The notes beneath the pieces are model-generated. The model made no database searches, was not told the origin of the DNA, and saw only the letters and a list, made by a program, of their open reading frames with translations. A stretch of 64,000 nucleotides of DNA from positions 37,078,001 through 37,142,000 of the forward strand of contig NC_087251.1 of assembly GCF_037042905.1 (NCBI RefSeq), given 5' to 3'. This DNA comes from Lytechinus pictus. Taxonomy: Eukaryota. Each line of letters begins with the position of its first letter. The stretch's first letter is position 1. A program made the position numbers and the translations under genes. Below are positions 1-14,800 of the stretch, one piece after another.

Positions 1-2894
1 CGCCCCACCCGCGACATGGAAAATTGGCCAAAATTGGCCAAATTTGAGCAAAATAATATTTGTTCAATATTTCCCCCGAAACCCCCCCAAATCAGCCGTC
101 TTCGCTCCCTGGGATGTTTTAGCATCCTAACCGATTATTACAGCGAGAATCAAGAGAATCAAGAGGATCCAGGGAGTTTGAATTTTCGACCCCCTCGCCC
201 CACCCGCGACATGGAAAATTTGGCAAAATTGGCCAAAATTGAGCAAAATAATATTTGTTCAATATTTCCCCCGAAACCCCCCCAAATCAGCCGTCTTCGC
301 TCCCTGGGATGTTTTAGCATCCTAACCGATTATTACAGCGAGAATCAAGAGGATCAAGGGAGTTTGAATTTTCGACCCCCTCACCCCACCTGGAACAAGG
401 AAAATTGGGCAAAATAGAGCAAAATAATATTGGTTCAATATTTCCCCCAAAACCCCCCCAAATCAGCCGTCTTCGCTCCCTAGGATGTTTTAGCATCCTA
501 ACCGATTATTACAACGAGAATCAAGAGGATCCAGGGAGTTTGAATTTTCGACCCCCTCGCCCCACCCGCGACATGGAAAATTGGCCAAAATTGCCCCACC
601 CGCGACATGGAAAATTGGGCAAAATTTGCCAAAATTGAGCAAAATAATAATTGTTCAATATTTCCCCCGAAACCCCTCCAAATCAGCCGTCTTTGCTCCC
701 TGGGATGTTTTAGCATCCTAACCGATTATTAAAGCGAGAATCAAGAGGATCCAGGGAGTTTGAATTTTCGACCCCCTCGCCCCACCCGCAACATGGAAAA
801 TTTGGCAAAATTTGCCAAAATTGAGCAAAATAATAATTGTTCAATATTTCCCCCGAAACCCCTCCAAATCAGCCGTCTTCGCTCCCTGGGATGTTTTAGC
901 ATCCTAACCGATTATTACAGCGAGAATCAAGAGAATCAAGAGGATCCAGGGAGTTTGAATTTTCGACCCCCTCGCCCCACCCGCGACATGGAAAATTGGG
1001 CAAAATTGGCCAAAATTGAGCAAAATAATATTTGTTCAATATTTCCCCCGAAACCCCCTCAAATCAGCCGTCTTTGCTCCCTGGGATGTTTTAGCATCCT
1101 AACCGATTATTACAGCGAGAATCAAGAGGATCCAGAGAGTTTGAATTTTTGACCCTCTCGCCCCACCCGCGACATGGAAAATTGGGCAAAATTGAGCAAA
1201 ATAATATTTGTTCAATATTTCCCCCGAAACCCCCCCAAATCAGCCGTCTTCGCTCCCTGGGATGTTTTAGCATCCTAACCGATTATTACAGCGAGAATCA
1301 AGAGGATCCAGGGAGTTTGAATTTTCGACCCCCTCGCCCCACCCGCGACATGGAAAATTGGCCAAAATTCGCCAAATTTGAGCAAAATAATATTTGTTCA
1401 ATATTTCCCCCGAAACCCCCCCAAATCAGCCGTCTTCACTCCCTGGGATGTATTAGCATCCTAACCAATTATTATAGCGAGAATCAAGAGGATCCAGGGA
1501 GTTTGAATTTTCGACCCCCTCGCCCCACCCGCGACATGGAAAATTGGCCAAAATTCGCCAAATTTGAGCAAAATAATATTTGTTCAATATTTCCCCCGAA
1601 ACCCCCCCAAATCAGCCGTCTTCACTCCCTGGGATGTTTTAGCATCCTAACCAATTATTACAGCGAGAATCAAGAGGATCCAGGGAGTTTGAATTTTCGA
1701 CCCCCTCGCCCCACCCGCGACATGGAAAATTGGGCAAAATTGGCCAAAATTGAGCAAAATAATATTTGTTCAATATTTCCCCCGAAACCCCCCCAAATCA
1801 GCCGTCTTTGCTCCCTGGGATGTTTTAGCATCCTAACCGATTATTACAGCGAGAATCAAGAGGATCAAGGGAGTTTGAATTTTCGACCCCATTGCCCCAC
1901 CCGCGACATGGAAAATTTGGCAAAATTTGCCAAAATTGAGCAAAATAATAATTGTTCAATATTTCCCCCGAAACCCCTCAAAATCAGCCGTCTTCGCTCC
2001 CTGGGATGTTTTAGCATCCTAACCGATTATTACAGCGAGAATCAAGAGAATCAAGAGGATCCAGGGAGTTTGAATTTTCGACCCCCTCGCCCCACCCGCG
2101 ACATGGAAAATTGGCCAAAATTCGCCAAATTTGAGCAAAATAATATTTGTTCAATATTTCCCCCGAAACCCCCCCAAATCAGCCGTCTTCACTCCCTGGG
2201 ATGTTTTAGCATCCTAACCAATTATTACAGCGAGAATCAAGAGGATCCAGGGAGTTTGAATTTTCGACCCCCTCGCCCCACCCGCGACATGGAAAATTGG
2301 GCAAAATTGGCCAAAATTGAGCAAAATAATATTTGTTCAATATTTCCCCCGAAACCCCCCCAAATCAGCCGTCTTTGCTCCCTGGGATGTTTTAGCATCC
2401 TAACCGATTATTACAGCGAGAATCAAGAGGATCAAGGGAGTTTGAATTTTCGACCCCATTGCCCCACCCGCGACATGGAAAATTTGGCAAAATTTGCCAA
2501 ATTTGAGCAAAATAATATTTGTTCAATATTTCCCCCGAAACCCCCCCAAATCAGCCGTCTTCACTCCCTGGGATGTTTAAGCATCCTAACCGATTATTAT
2601 AGCGAGAATCAAGAGGATCCAGGGAGTTTGAATTTTCGACCCCCTCGCCCCACCCGCGACATGGAAAATTGGGCAAAATTCGCCAAAATTGAGCAAAATA
2701 ATGTTTGTTCAATATTTCCCCCGAAACCCCCCCAAATCAGCCGTCTTCGCTCCCTGGGATGTTTTAGCATCCTAACCGATTATTACAGTGAGAATCAAGA
2801 GGATCAAGGGAGTTTGAATTTTCGACCCCATTGCCCCACCCGCGACATGGAAAATTTGGCAAAATTTGCCAAAATTGAGCAAAATAATAATTGT

Positions 2895-5800
2895 TCAATA
2901 TTTCCCCCGAAACCCCTCCAAATCAGCCGTCTTCGCTCCCTGGGATATTTTAGCATCCTCACCGATTATTACAGCGAGAATCAAGAGAATCAAGAGGATC
3001 CAGGGAGTTTGAATTTTCGACCCCCTCGCCCCACCCGCGACATGGAAAATTTGGCAAAATTTGCCAAAATTGAGCAAAATAATAATTGTTCAATATTTCC
3101 CCCGAAACCCCCCCAAATCAGCCGTCTTCGCTCCCTGGGATGTTTTAGCATCCTAACCGATTATTACAGCGAGAATCAAGAGGATCAAGGGAGTTTGAAT
3201 TTTCGACCCCATTGCCCCATCCGCGACATGGAAAATTTGGCAAAATTTGCCAAAATCGAGCAAAATAATAATTGTTCAATATTTCCCCCGAAACCCCTCC
3301 AAATCAGCCGTCTTCACTCCCTGGGATGTTTTAGCATCCTAACCGATTATTACAGCGAGAATCAAGAGGATCCAGGGAGTTTGAATTTTTGACCCCCTCG
3401 CCCCACCCGCGACATGGAAAATTGGGCAAAATTGGCCAAAATTGAGCAAAATAATATTTGTTCAATATTTCCCCCGAAACCCCCCCAAATCAGCCGTCTT
3501 TGCTCCCTGGGATGTTTTAGCATCCTAACCGATTATTACAGCGAGAATCAAGAGGATCCAGGGAGTTTGAATTTTCGACCCCCTCGCCCCACCCGCGACA
3601 TGGAAAATTTGGCAAAATTTGCCAAAATTGAGCAAAATAATAATTGTTCAATATTTCCCCCGAAACCCCCCCAAATCAGCCGTCTTCGCTTCCTGGGATG
3701 TTTTAGCATCCTAACCGATTATTACAGCGAGAATCAAGAGGATCAAGGGAGTTTGAATTTTCGACCCCATTGCCCCACCCGCGACATGGAAAATTTGGCA
3801 AAATTTGCCAAATTTGAGCAAAATAATATTTGTTCAATATTTCCCCCGAAACCCCCCCAAATCAGCCGTCTTCACTCCCTGGGATGTTTAAGCATCCTAA
3901 CCGATTATTACAGCGAGAATCAAGAGGATCCAGGGAGTTTGAATTTTCGACCCCCTCGCCCCACCCGCGACATGGAAAATTGGGCAAAATTCGCCAAAAT
4001 TGAGCAAAATGATGTTTGTTCAATATTTCCCCCGAAACCCCCCCAAATCAGCCGTCTTCGCTCCCTGGGATGTTTTAGCATCCTAACCGATTATTACAGT
4101 GAGAATCAAGAGGATCAAGGGAGTTTGAATTTTCGACCCCATTGCCCCACCCGCGACATGGAAAATTTGGCAAAATTTGCCAAAATTGAGCAAAATAATA
4201 ATTGTTCAATATTTCCCCCGAAACCCCTCCAAATCAGCCGTCTTCGCTCCCTGGGATGTTTTAGCATCCTCACCGATTATTACAGCGAGAATCAAGAGAA
4301 TCAAGAGGATCCAGGGAGTTTGAATTTTCGACCCCCTCGCCCCACCCGCGACATGGAAAATTTGGCAAAATTTGCCAAAATTGAGCAAAATAATAATTGT
4401 TCAATATTTCCCCCGAAACCCCCCCAAATCAGCCGTCTTCGCTCCCTGGGATGTTTTAGCATCCTAACCGATTATTACAGCGAGAATCAAGAGGATCAAG
4501 GGAGTTTGAATTTTCGACCCCATTGCCCCATCCGCGACATGGAAAATTTGGCAAAATTTGCCAAAATCGAGCAAAATAATAATTGTTCAATATTTCCCCC
4601 GAAACCCCTCCAAATCAGCCGTCTTCACTCCCTGGGATGTTTTAGCATCCTAACCGATTATTACAGCGAGAATCAAGAGAATCAAGAGGATCCAGGGAGT
4701 TTGAATTTTTGACCCCCTCGCCCCACCCGCGACATGGAAAATTGGGCAAAATTGGCCAAAATTGAGCAAAATAATATTTGTTCAATATTTCCCCCGAAAC
4801 CCCCCCAAATCAGCCGTCTTTGCTCCCTGGGATGTTTTAGCATCCTAACCGATTATTACAGCGAGAATCAAGAGGATCCAGGGAGTTTGAATTTTCGACC
4901 CCCTCGCCCCACCCGCGACATGGAAAATTTGGCAAAATTTGCCAAAATTGAGCAAAATAATAATTGTTCAATATTTCCCCCGAAACCCCCCCAAATCAGC
5001 CGTCTTCGCTTCCTGGGATGTTTTAGCATCCTAACCGATTATTACAGCGAGAATCAAGAGGATCAAGGGAGTTTGAATTTTCGACCCCATTGCCCCACCC
5101 GCGACATGGAAAATTGGGCAAAATTTGCCAAAATTGAGCAAAATAATAATTGTTCAATATTTCCCCCGAAACCCCTCCAAATCAGCCATCTTCGCTCCCT
5201 GGGATGTTTTAGCATCCTAACTGATTATTACAGCGAGAATCAAGAGAATCAAGAGGATCCAGGGAGTTTGAATTTTCGACCCCCTCGCCCCACCCGCGAC
5301 ATGGAAAATTGGGCAAAATTGGCCAAAATTGAGCAAAATAATATTTGTTCAATATTTCCCCCGAAACCCCCCCAAATCAGCCGTCTTCGCTCCCTGGAAT
5401 GTTTTAGCATCCTAACCGATTATTACATCGAGAATCAAGAAGATCCAGGGAGTTTGAATTTCGACCCCATTGCCCCACCCGCGACATGGAAAATTGGGCA
5501 AAATTGGCCAAAATTGAGCAAAATAATATTTGTTCAATATTTCCCCCGAAACCCCCCCAAATCAGCCGTCTTCGCTCCCTGGGATGTTTCAGCATCCTAA
5601 CCGATTATTACAGCAAGAATCAAGAGGATCCAGGAAGTTTGAATTTTCGACCCCCTCACCCCACCCGGAACAAGGAAAATTGGGCAAAATAGAGCAAAAT
5701 AATATTGGTTCAATATTTCCCCCAAAACCCCCCCAAATCAGCCGTCTTCGCTCCCTGGGATGTTTTAGCATCCTAACCGATTATTACAGCGAGAATCAAG

Positions 5801-8800
5801 AGGATCCAGGGAGTTTGAATTTTCGACCCCCTCGCCCCACCCGCGACATGGAAAATTGGGCAAAATTGAGCAAAATAATATTTGTTCAATATTTCCCCCG
5901 AAACCCCCCCAAATCAGCCGTCTTCGCTCCCTGGAATGTTTTAGCATCCTAACCGATTATAACATCGAGAATCAAGAGGATCCAGGGAGTTTGAATTTCG
6001 ACCACCTCGCCCCACCCGCGACATGGAAAATTGGGCAAAATTGGCCAAAATTGAGCAAAATAATATTTGTTCAATATTTCCCCCGAAACCCCCCCAAATC
6101 AGCCGTCTTCGCTCCCTGGGATGTTTTAGCATCCTAACCGATTATTACAGTGAGAATCAAGAGGATCAAGGGAGTTTGAATTTTCGACCCCATTGCCCCA
6201 CCCGCGACATGGAAAATTTGGCAAAATTTGCCAAAATTGAGCAAAATAATAATTGTTCAATATTTCCCCCGAAACCCCTCAAAATCAGCCGTCTTCGCTC
6301 CCTGGGATGTTTTAGCATCCTAACCGATTATTACAGCGAGAATCAAGAGAATCAAGAGGATCCAGGGAGTTTGAATTTTCGACCCCCTCGCCCCACCCGC
6401 GACATGGAAAATTGGCCAAAATTCGCCAAATTTGAGCAAAATAATATTTGTTCAATATTTCCCCCGAAACCCCCCCAAATCAGCCGTCTTCACTCCCTGG
6501 GATGTTTTAGCATCCTAACCAATTATTACAGCGAGAATCAAGAGGATCCAGGGAGTTTGAATTTTCGACCCCCTCGCCCCACCCGCGACATGGAAAATTG
6601 GGCAAAATTGGCCAAAATTGAGCAAAATAATATTTGTTCAATATTTCCCCCGAAACCCCCCCAAATCAGCCGTCTTTGCTCCCTGGGATGTTTTAGCATC
6701 CTAACCGATTATTACAGCGAGAATCAAGAGGATCAAGGGAGTTTGAATTTTCGACCCCATTGCCCCACCCGCGACATGGAAAATTTGGCAAAATTTGCCA
6801 AATTTGAGCAAAATAATATTTGTTCAATATTTCCCCCGAAACCCCCCCAAATCAGCCGTCTTCACTCCCTGGGATGTTTAAGCATCCTAACCGATTATTA
6901 TAGCGAGAATCAAGAGGATCCAGGGAGTTTGAATTTTCGACCCCCTCGCCCCACCCGCGACATGGAAAATTGGGCAAAATTCGCCAAAATTGAGCAAAAT
7001 AATGTTTGTTCAATATTTCCCCCGAAACCCCCCCAAATCAGCCGTCTTCGCTCCCTGGGATGTTTTAGCATCCTAACCGATTATTACAGTGAGAATCAAG
7101 AGGATCAAGGGAGTTTGAATTTTCGACCCCATTGCCCCACCCGCGACATGGAAAATTTGGCAAAATTTGCCAAAATTGAGCAAAATAATAATTGTTCAAT
7201 ATTTCCCCCGAAACCCCTCCAAATCAGCCGTCTTCGCTCCCTGGGATATTTTAGCATCCTCACCGATTATTACAGCGAGAATCAAGAGAATCAAGAGGAT
7301 CCAGGGAGTTTGAATTTTCGACCCCCTCGCCCCACCCGCGACATGGAAAATTTGGCAAAATTTGCCAAAATTGAGCAAAATAATAATTGTTCAATATTTC
7401 CCCCGAAACCCCCCCAAATCAGCCGTCTTCGCTCCCTGGGATGTTTTAGCATCCTAACCGATTATTACAGCGAGAATCAAGAGAATCAAGAGGATCCAGG
7501 GAGTTTGAATTTTCGACCCCCTCGCCCCAACCGCGACATGGAAAATTGGCCAAAATAGAGCAAAATAATATTTGTTCAATATTTCCCCCGAAAACCCCCC
7601 AAATCAGCCGTCTTTGCTCCCTGGGATGTTTTAGCATCCTAACCGATTATTATAGCGAGAATCAAGAGGATCCAGGGAGTTTGAATTTTCGACCCCCTCG
7701 CCCCACCCGCGACATGGAAAATTGGGCAAAATTGGCCAAAATTGAGCAAAATAATAATTGTTCAATATTTCCCCCGAAACCCCTCCAAATCAGCCGTCTT
7801 CGCTCCCTGGGATGTTTTAGCATCCTAACCGATTATTACAGCGAGAATCAAGAGAATCAAGAGGATCCAGGGAGTTTGAATTTTCGACCCCCTCGCCCCA
7901 CCCGCGACATGGAAAATTGGGCAAAATTGGCCAAAATTGAGCAAAATAATATTTGTTCAATATTTCCCCCGAAACCCCCCCAAATCAGCCGTCTTTGCTC
8001 CCTGGGATGTTTTAGCATCCTAACCGATTATTACAGCGAGAATCAAGAGGATCCAGAGAGTTTGAATTTTTGACCCTCTCGCCCCACCCGCGACATGGAA
8101 AATTGGGCAAAATTGAGCAAAATAATATTTGTTCAATATTTCCCCCGAAACCCCCCCAAATCAGCCGTCTTCGCTCCCTGGGATGTTTTAGCATCCTAAC
8201 CGATTATTACAGCGAGAATCAAGAGGATCCAGGGAGTTTGAATTTTCGACCCCCTCCCCCCACCCGCGACATGGAAAATTGGCCAAAATTTGCCAAATTT
8301 GAGCAAAATAATATTTGTTCAATATTTCCCCCGAAACCCCCCCAAATCAGCCGTCTTCACTCCCTGGGATGTTTTAGCATCCTAACCGATTATTATAGCG
8401 AGAATCAAGAGGATCCAGGGAGTTTGAATTTTCGACCCCCTCGCCCCACCCGCGACATGGAAAATTGGGCAAAATTGGCCAAAATTGAGCAAAATAATAT
8501 TTGTTCAATATTTCCCCCGAAACCCCCCCAAATCAGCCGTCTTCGCTCCCTGGGATGTTTCAGCATCCTAACCGATTATTACAGCAAGAATCAAGAGGAT
8601 CCAGGGAGTTTGAATTTTCGACCCCCTCACCCCACCCGGAACAAGGAAAATTGGGCAAAATAGAGCAAAATAATATTGGTTCAATATTTCCCCCAAAACC
8701 CCCCAAAATCAGCCGTCTTCGCTCCCTGGGATGTTTTAGCATCCTAACCGATTATTATAGCGAGAATCAAGAGGATCCAGGTAGTTTGAATTTTCGACCA

Positions 8801-11800
8801 CCTCGCCCCACCCGCGACATGGAAAATTGGGCAAAATTTGCCAAAATTGAGCAAAATAATATTTGTTCAATATTTCCCCCGAAACCCCCCCCAAATCAGC
8901 CGTCTTCACTCCCTGGGATGTTTTAGCATCCTAACCAATTATTACAGCGAGAATCAAGAGGATCCAGGGAGTTTGAATTTTCGAACCCCTCGCCCCACCC
9001 GCGACATGGAAAATTTGGCAAAATTTGCCAAAATTGAGCAAAATAATATTTGTTCAATATTTCCCCCGAAACCCCTCCAAATCAGCCGTCTTCGCTCCCT
9101 GGGATATTTTAGCATCCTCACCGATTATTACAGCGAGAATCAAGAGAATCAAGAGGATCCAGGGAGTTTGAATTTTCGACCCCCTCGCCCCACCCGCGAC
9201 ATGGAAAATTTGGCAAAATTTGCCAAAATTGAGCAAAATAATAATTGTTCAATATTTCCCCCGAAACCCCCCCAAATCAGCCGTCTTCGCTCCCTGGGAT
9301 GTTTTAGCATCCTAACCGATTATTACAGCGAGAATCAAGAGGATCAAGGGAGTTTGAATTTTCGACCCCATTGCCCCATCCGCGACATGGAAAATTTGGC
9401 AAAATTTGCCAAAATCGAGCAAAATAATAATTGTTCAATATTTCCCCCGAAACCCCTCCAAATCAGCCGTCTTCACTCCCTGGGATGTTTTAGCATCCTA
9501 ACCGATTATTACAGCGAGAATCAAGAGGATCCAGGGAGTTTGAATTTTTGACCCCCTCGCCCCACCCGCGACATGGAAAATTGGGCAAAATTGGCCAAAA
9601 TTGAGCAAAATAATATTTGTTCAATATTTCCCCCGAAACCCCCCCAAATCAGCCGTCTTTGCTCCCTGGGATGTTTTAGCATCCTAACCGATTATTACAG
9701 CGAGAATCAAGAGGATCCAGGGAGTTTGAATTTTCGACCCCCTCGCCCCACCCGCGACATGGAAAATTTGGCAAAATTTGCCAAAATTGAGCAAAATAAT
9801 AATTGTTCAATATTTCCCCCGAAACCCCCCCAAATCAGCCGTCTTCGCTTCCTGGGATGTTTTAGCATCCTAACCGATTATTACAGCGAGAATCAAGAGG
9901 ATCAAGGGAGTTTGAATTTTCGACCCCATTGCCCCACCCGCGACATGGAAAATTTGGCAAAATTTGCCAAATTTGAGCAAAATAATATTTGTTCAATATT
10001 TCCCCCGAAACCCCCCCAAATCAGCCGTCTTCACTCCCTGGGATGTTTAAGCATCCTAACCGATTATTACAGCGAGAATCAAGAGGATCCAGGGAGTTTG
10101 AATTTTCGACCCCCTCGCCCCACCCGCGACATGGAAAATTGGGCAAAATTCGCCAAAATTGAGCAAAATGATGTTTGTTCAATATTTCCCCCGAAACCCC
10201 CCCAAATCAGCCGTCTTCGCTCCCTGGGATGTTTTAGCATCCTAACCGATTATTACAGTGAGAATCAAGAGGATCAAGGGAGTTTGAATTTTCGACCCCA
10301 TTGCCCCACCCGCGACATGGAAAATTTGGCAAAATTTGCCAAAATTGAGCAAAATAATAATTGTTCAATATTTCCCCCGAAACCCCTCCAAATCAGCCGT
10401 CTTCGCTCCCTGGGATGTTTTAGCATCCTCACCGATTATTACAGCGAGAATCAAGAGAATCAAGAGGATCCAGGGAGTTTGAATTTTCGACCCCCTCGCC
10501 CCACCCGCGACATGGAAAATTTGGCAAAATTTGCCAAAATTGAGCAAAATAATAATTGTTCAATATTTCCCCCGAAACCCCCCCAAATCAGCCGTCTTCG
10601 CTCCCTGGGATGTTTTAGCATCCTAACCGATTATTACAGCGAGAATCAAGAGGATCAAGGGAGTTTGAATTTTCGACCCCATTGCCCCATCCGCGACATG
10701 GAAAATTTGGCAAAATTTGCCAAAATCGAGCAAAATAATAATTGTTCAATATTTCCCCCGAAACCCCTCCAAATCAGCCGTCTTCACTCCCTGGGATGTT
10801 TTAGCATCCTAACCGATTATTACAGCGAGAATCAAGAGAATCAAGAGGATCCAGGGAGTTTGAATTTTTGACCCCCTCGCCCCACCCGCGACATGGAAAA
10901 TTGGGCAAAATTGGCCAAAATTGAGCAAAATAATATTTGTTCAATATTTCCCCCGAAACCCCCCCAAATCAGCCGTCTTTGCTCCCTGGGATGTTTTAGC
11001 ATCCTAACCGATTATTACAGCGAGAATCAAGAGGATCCAGGGAGTTTGAATTTTCGACCCCCTCGCCCCACCCGCGACATGGAAAATTTGGCAAAATTTG
11101 CCAAAATTGAGCAAAATAATAATTGTTCAATATTTCCCCCGAAACCCCCCCAAATCAGCCGTCTTCGCTTCCTGGGATGTTTTAGCATCCTAACCGATTA
11201 TTACAGCGAGAATCAAGAGGATCAAGGGAGTTTGAATTTTCGACCCCATTGCCCCACCCGCGACATGGAAAATTGGGCAAAATTTGCCAAAATTGAGCAA
11301 AATAATAATTGTTCAATATTTCCCCCGAAACCCCTCCAAATCAGCCATCTTCGCTCCCTGGGATGTTTTAGCATCCTAACTGATTATTACAGCGAGAATC
11401 AAGAGAATCAAGAGGATCCAGGGAGTTTGAATTTTCGACCCCCTCGCCCCACCCGCGACATGGAAAATTGGGCAAAATTGGCCAAAATTGAGCAAAATAA
11501 TATTTGTTCAATATTTCCCCCGAAACCCCCCCAAATCAGCCGTCTTCGCTCCCTGGAATGTTTTAGCATCCTAACCGATTATTACATCGAGAATCAAGAA
11601 GATCCAGGGAGTTTGAATTTCGACCCCATTGCCCCACCCGCGACATGGAAAATTGGGCAAAATTGGCCAAAATTGAGCAAAATAATATTTGTTCAATATT
11701 TCCCCCGAAACCCCCCCAAATCAGCCGTCTTCGCTCCCTGGGATGTTTCAGCATCCTAACCGATTATTACAGCAAGAATCAAGAGGATCCAGGAAGTTTG

Positions 11801-14800
11801 AATTTTCGACCCCCTCACCCCACCCGGAACAAGGAAAATTGGGCAAAATAGAGCAAAATAATATTGGTTCAATATTTCCCCCAAAACCCCCCCAAATCAG
11901 CCGTCTTCGCTCCCTGGGATGTTTTAGCATCCTAACCGATTATTACAGCGAGAATCAAGAGGATCCAGGGAGTTTGAATTTTCGACCCCCTCGCCCCACC
12001 CGCGACATGGAAAATTGGGCAAAATTGAGCAAAATAATATTTGTTCAATATTTCCCCCGAAACCCCCCCAAATCAGCCGTCTTCGCTCCCTGGAATGTTT
12101 TAGCATCCTAACCGATTATAACATCGAGAATCAAGAGGATCCAGGGAGTTTGAATTTCGACCACCTCGCCCCACCCGCGACATGGAAAATTGGGCAAAAT
12201 TGGCCAAAATTGAGCAAAATAATATTTGTTCAATATTTCCCCCGAAACCCCCCCAAATCAGCCGTCTTCGCTCCCTGGGATGTTTTAGCATCCTAACCGA
12301 TTATTACAGTGAGAATCAAGAGGATCAAGGGAGTTTGAATTTTCGACCCCATTGCCCCACCCGCGACATGGAAAATTTGGCAAAATTTGCCAAAATTGAG
12401 CAAAATAATAATTGTTCAATATTTCCCCCGAAACCCCTCAAAATCAGCCGTCTTCGCTCCCTGGGATGTTTTAGCATCCTAACCGATTATTACAGCGAGA
12501 ATCAAGAGAATCAAGAGGATCCAGGGAGTTTGAATTTTCGACCCCCTCGCCCCACCCGCGACATGGAAAATTGGCCAAAATTCGCCAAATTTGAGCAAAA
12601 TAATATTTGTTCAATATTTCCCCCGAAACCCCCCCAAATCAGCCGTCTTCACTCCCTGGGATGTTTTAGCATCCTAACCAATTATTACAGCGAGAATCAA
12701 GAGGATCCAGGGAGTTTGAATTTTCGACCCCCTCGCCCCACCCGCGACATGGAAAATTGGGCAAAATTGGCCAAAATTGAGCAAAATAATATTTGTTCAA
12801 TATTTCCCCCGAAACCCCCCCAAATCAGCCGTCTTTGCTCCCTGGGATGTTTTAGCATCCTAACCGATTATTACAGCGAGAATCAAGAGGATCAAGGGAG
12901 TTTGAATTTTCGACCCCATTGCCCCACCCGCGACATGGAAAATTTGGCAAAATTTGCCAAATTTGAGCAAAATAATATTTGTTCAATATTTCCCCCGAAA
13001 CCCCCCCAAATCAGCCGTCTTCACTCCCTGGGATGTTTAAGCATCCTAACCGATTATTATAGCGAGAATCAAGAGGATCCAGGGAGTTTGAATTTTCGAC
13101 CCCCTCGCCCCACCCGCGACATGGAAAATTGGGCAAAATTCGCCAAAATTGAGCAAAATAATGTTTGTTCAATATTTCCCCCGAAACCCCCCCAAATCAG
13201 CCGTCTTCGCTCCCTGGGATGTTTTAGCATCCTAACCGATTATTACAGTGAGAATCAAGAGGATCAAGGGAGTTTGAATTTTCGACCCCATTGCCCCACC
13301 CGCGACATGGAAAATTTGGCAAAATTTGCCAAAATTGAGCAAAATAATAATTGTTCAATATTTCCCCCGAAACCCCTCCAAATCAGCCGTCTTCGCTCCC
13401 TGGGATATTTTAGCATCCTCACCGATTATTACAGCGAGAATCAAGAGAATCAAGAGGATCCAGGGAGTTTGAATTTTCGACCCCCTCGCCCCACCCGCGA
13501 CATGGAAAATTTGGCAAAATTTGCCAAAATTGAGCAAAATAATAATTGTTCAATATTTCCCCCGAAACCCCCCCAAATCAGCCGTCTTCGCTCCCTGGGA
13601 TGTTTTAGCATCCTAACCGATTATTACAGCGAGAATCAAGAGAATCAAGAGGATCCAGGGAGTTTGAATTTTCGACCCCCTCGCCCCAACCGCGACATGG
13701 AAAATTGGCCAAAATAGAGCAAAATAATATTTGTTCAATATTTCCCCCGAAAACCCCCCAAATCAGCCGTCTTTGCTCCCTGGGATGTTTTAGCATCCTA
13801 ACCGATTATTATAGCGAGAATCAAGAGGATCCAGGGAGTTTGAATTTTCGACCCCCTCGCCCCACCCGCGACATGGAAAATTGGGCAAAATTGGCCAAAA
13901 TTGAGCAAAATAATAATTGTTCAATATTTCCCCCGAAACCCCTCCAAATCAGCCGTCTTCGCTCCCTGGGATGTTTTAGCATCCTAACCGATTATTACAG
14001 CGAGAATCAAGAGAATCAAGAGGATCCAGGGAGTTTGAATTTTCGACCCCCTCGCCCCACCCGCGACATGGAAAATTGGGCAAAATTGGCCAAAATTGAG
14101 CAAAATAATATTTGTTCAATATTTCCCCCGAAACCCCCCCAAATCAGCCGTCTTTGCTCCCTGGGATGTTTTAGCATCCTAACCGATTATTACAGCGAGA
14201 ATCAAGAGGATCCAGAGAGTTTGAATTTTTGACCCTCTCGCCCCACCCGCGACATGGAAAATTGGGCAAAATTGAGCAAAATAATATTTGTTCAATATTT
14301 CCCCCGAAACCCCCCCAAATCAGCCGTCTTCGCTCCCTGGGATGTTTTAGCATCCTAACCGATTATTACAGCGAGAATCAAGAGGATCCAGGGAGTTTGA
14401 ATTTTCGACCCCCTCCCCCCACCCGCGACATGGAAAATTGGCCAAAATTTGCCAAATTTGAGCAAAATAATATTTGTTCAATATTTCCCCCGAAACCCCC
14501 CCAAATCAGCCGTCTTCACTCCCTGGGATGTTTTAGCATCCTAACCGATTATTATAGCGAGAATCAAGAGGATCCAGGGAGTTTGAATTTTCGACCCCCT
14601 CGCCCCACCCGCGACATGGAAAATTGGGCAAAATTGGCCAAAATTGAGCAAAATAATATTTGTTCAATATTTCCCCCGAAACCCCCCCAAATCAGCCGTC
14701 TTCGCTCCCTGGGATGTTTCAGCATCCTAACCGATTATTACAGCAAGAATCAAGAGGATCCAGGGAGTTTGAATTTTCGACCCCCTCACCCCACCCGGAA

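Noticed and set aside
72..205. Canonical G-quadruplex or i-motif in SatA C-tracts
   Set aside because: Each cluster has only two or three C-runs (CCCCCGAAACCCCCCC; CCCCCTCGCCCCACCC), so the four-tract G3 pattern is not met within short loops.
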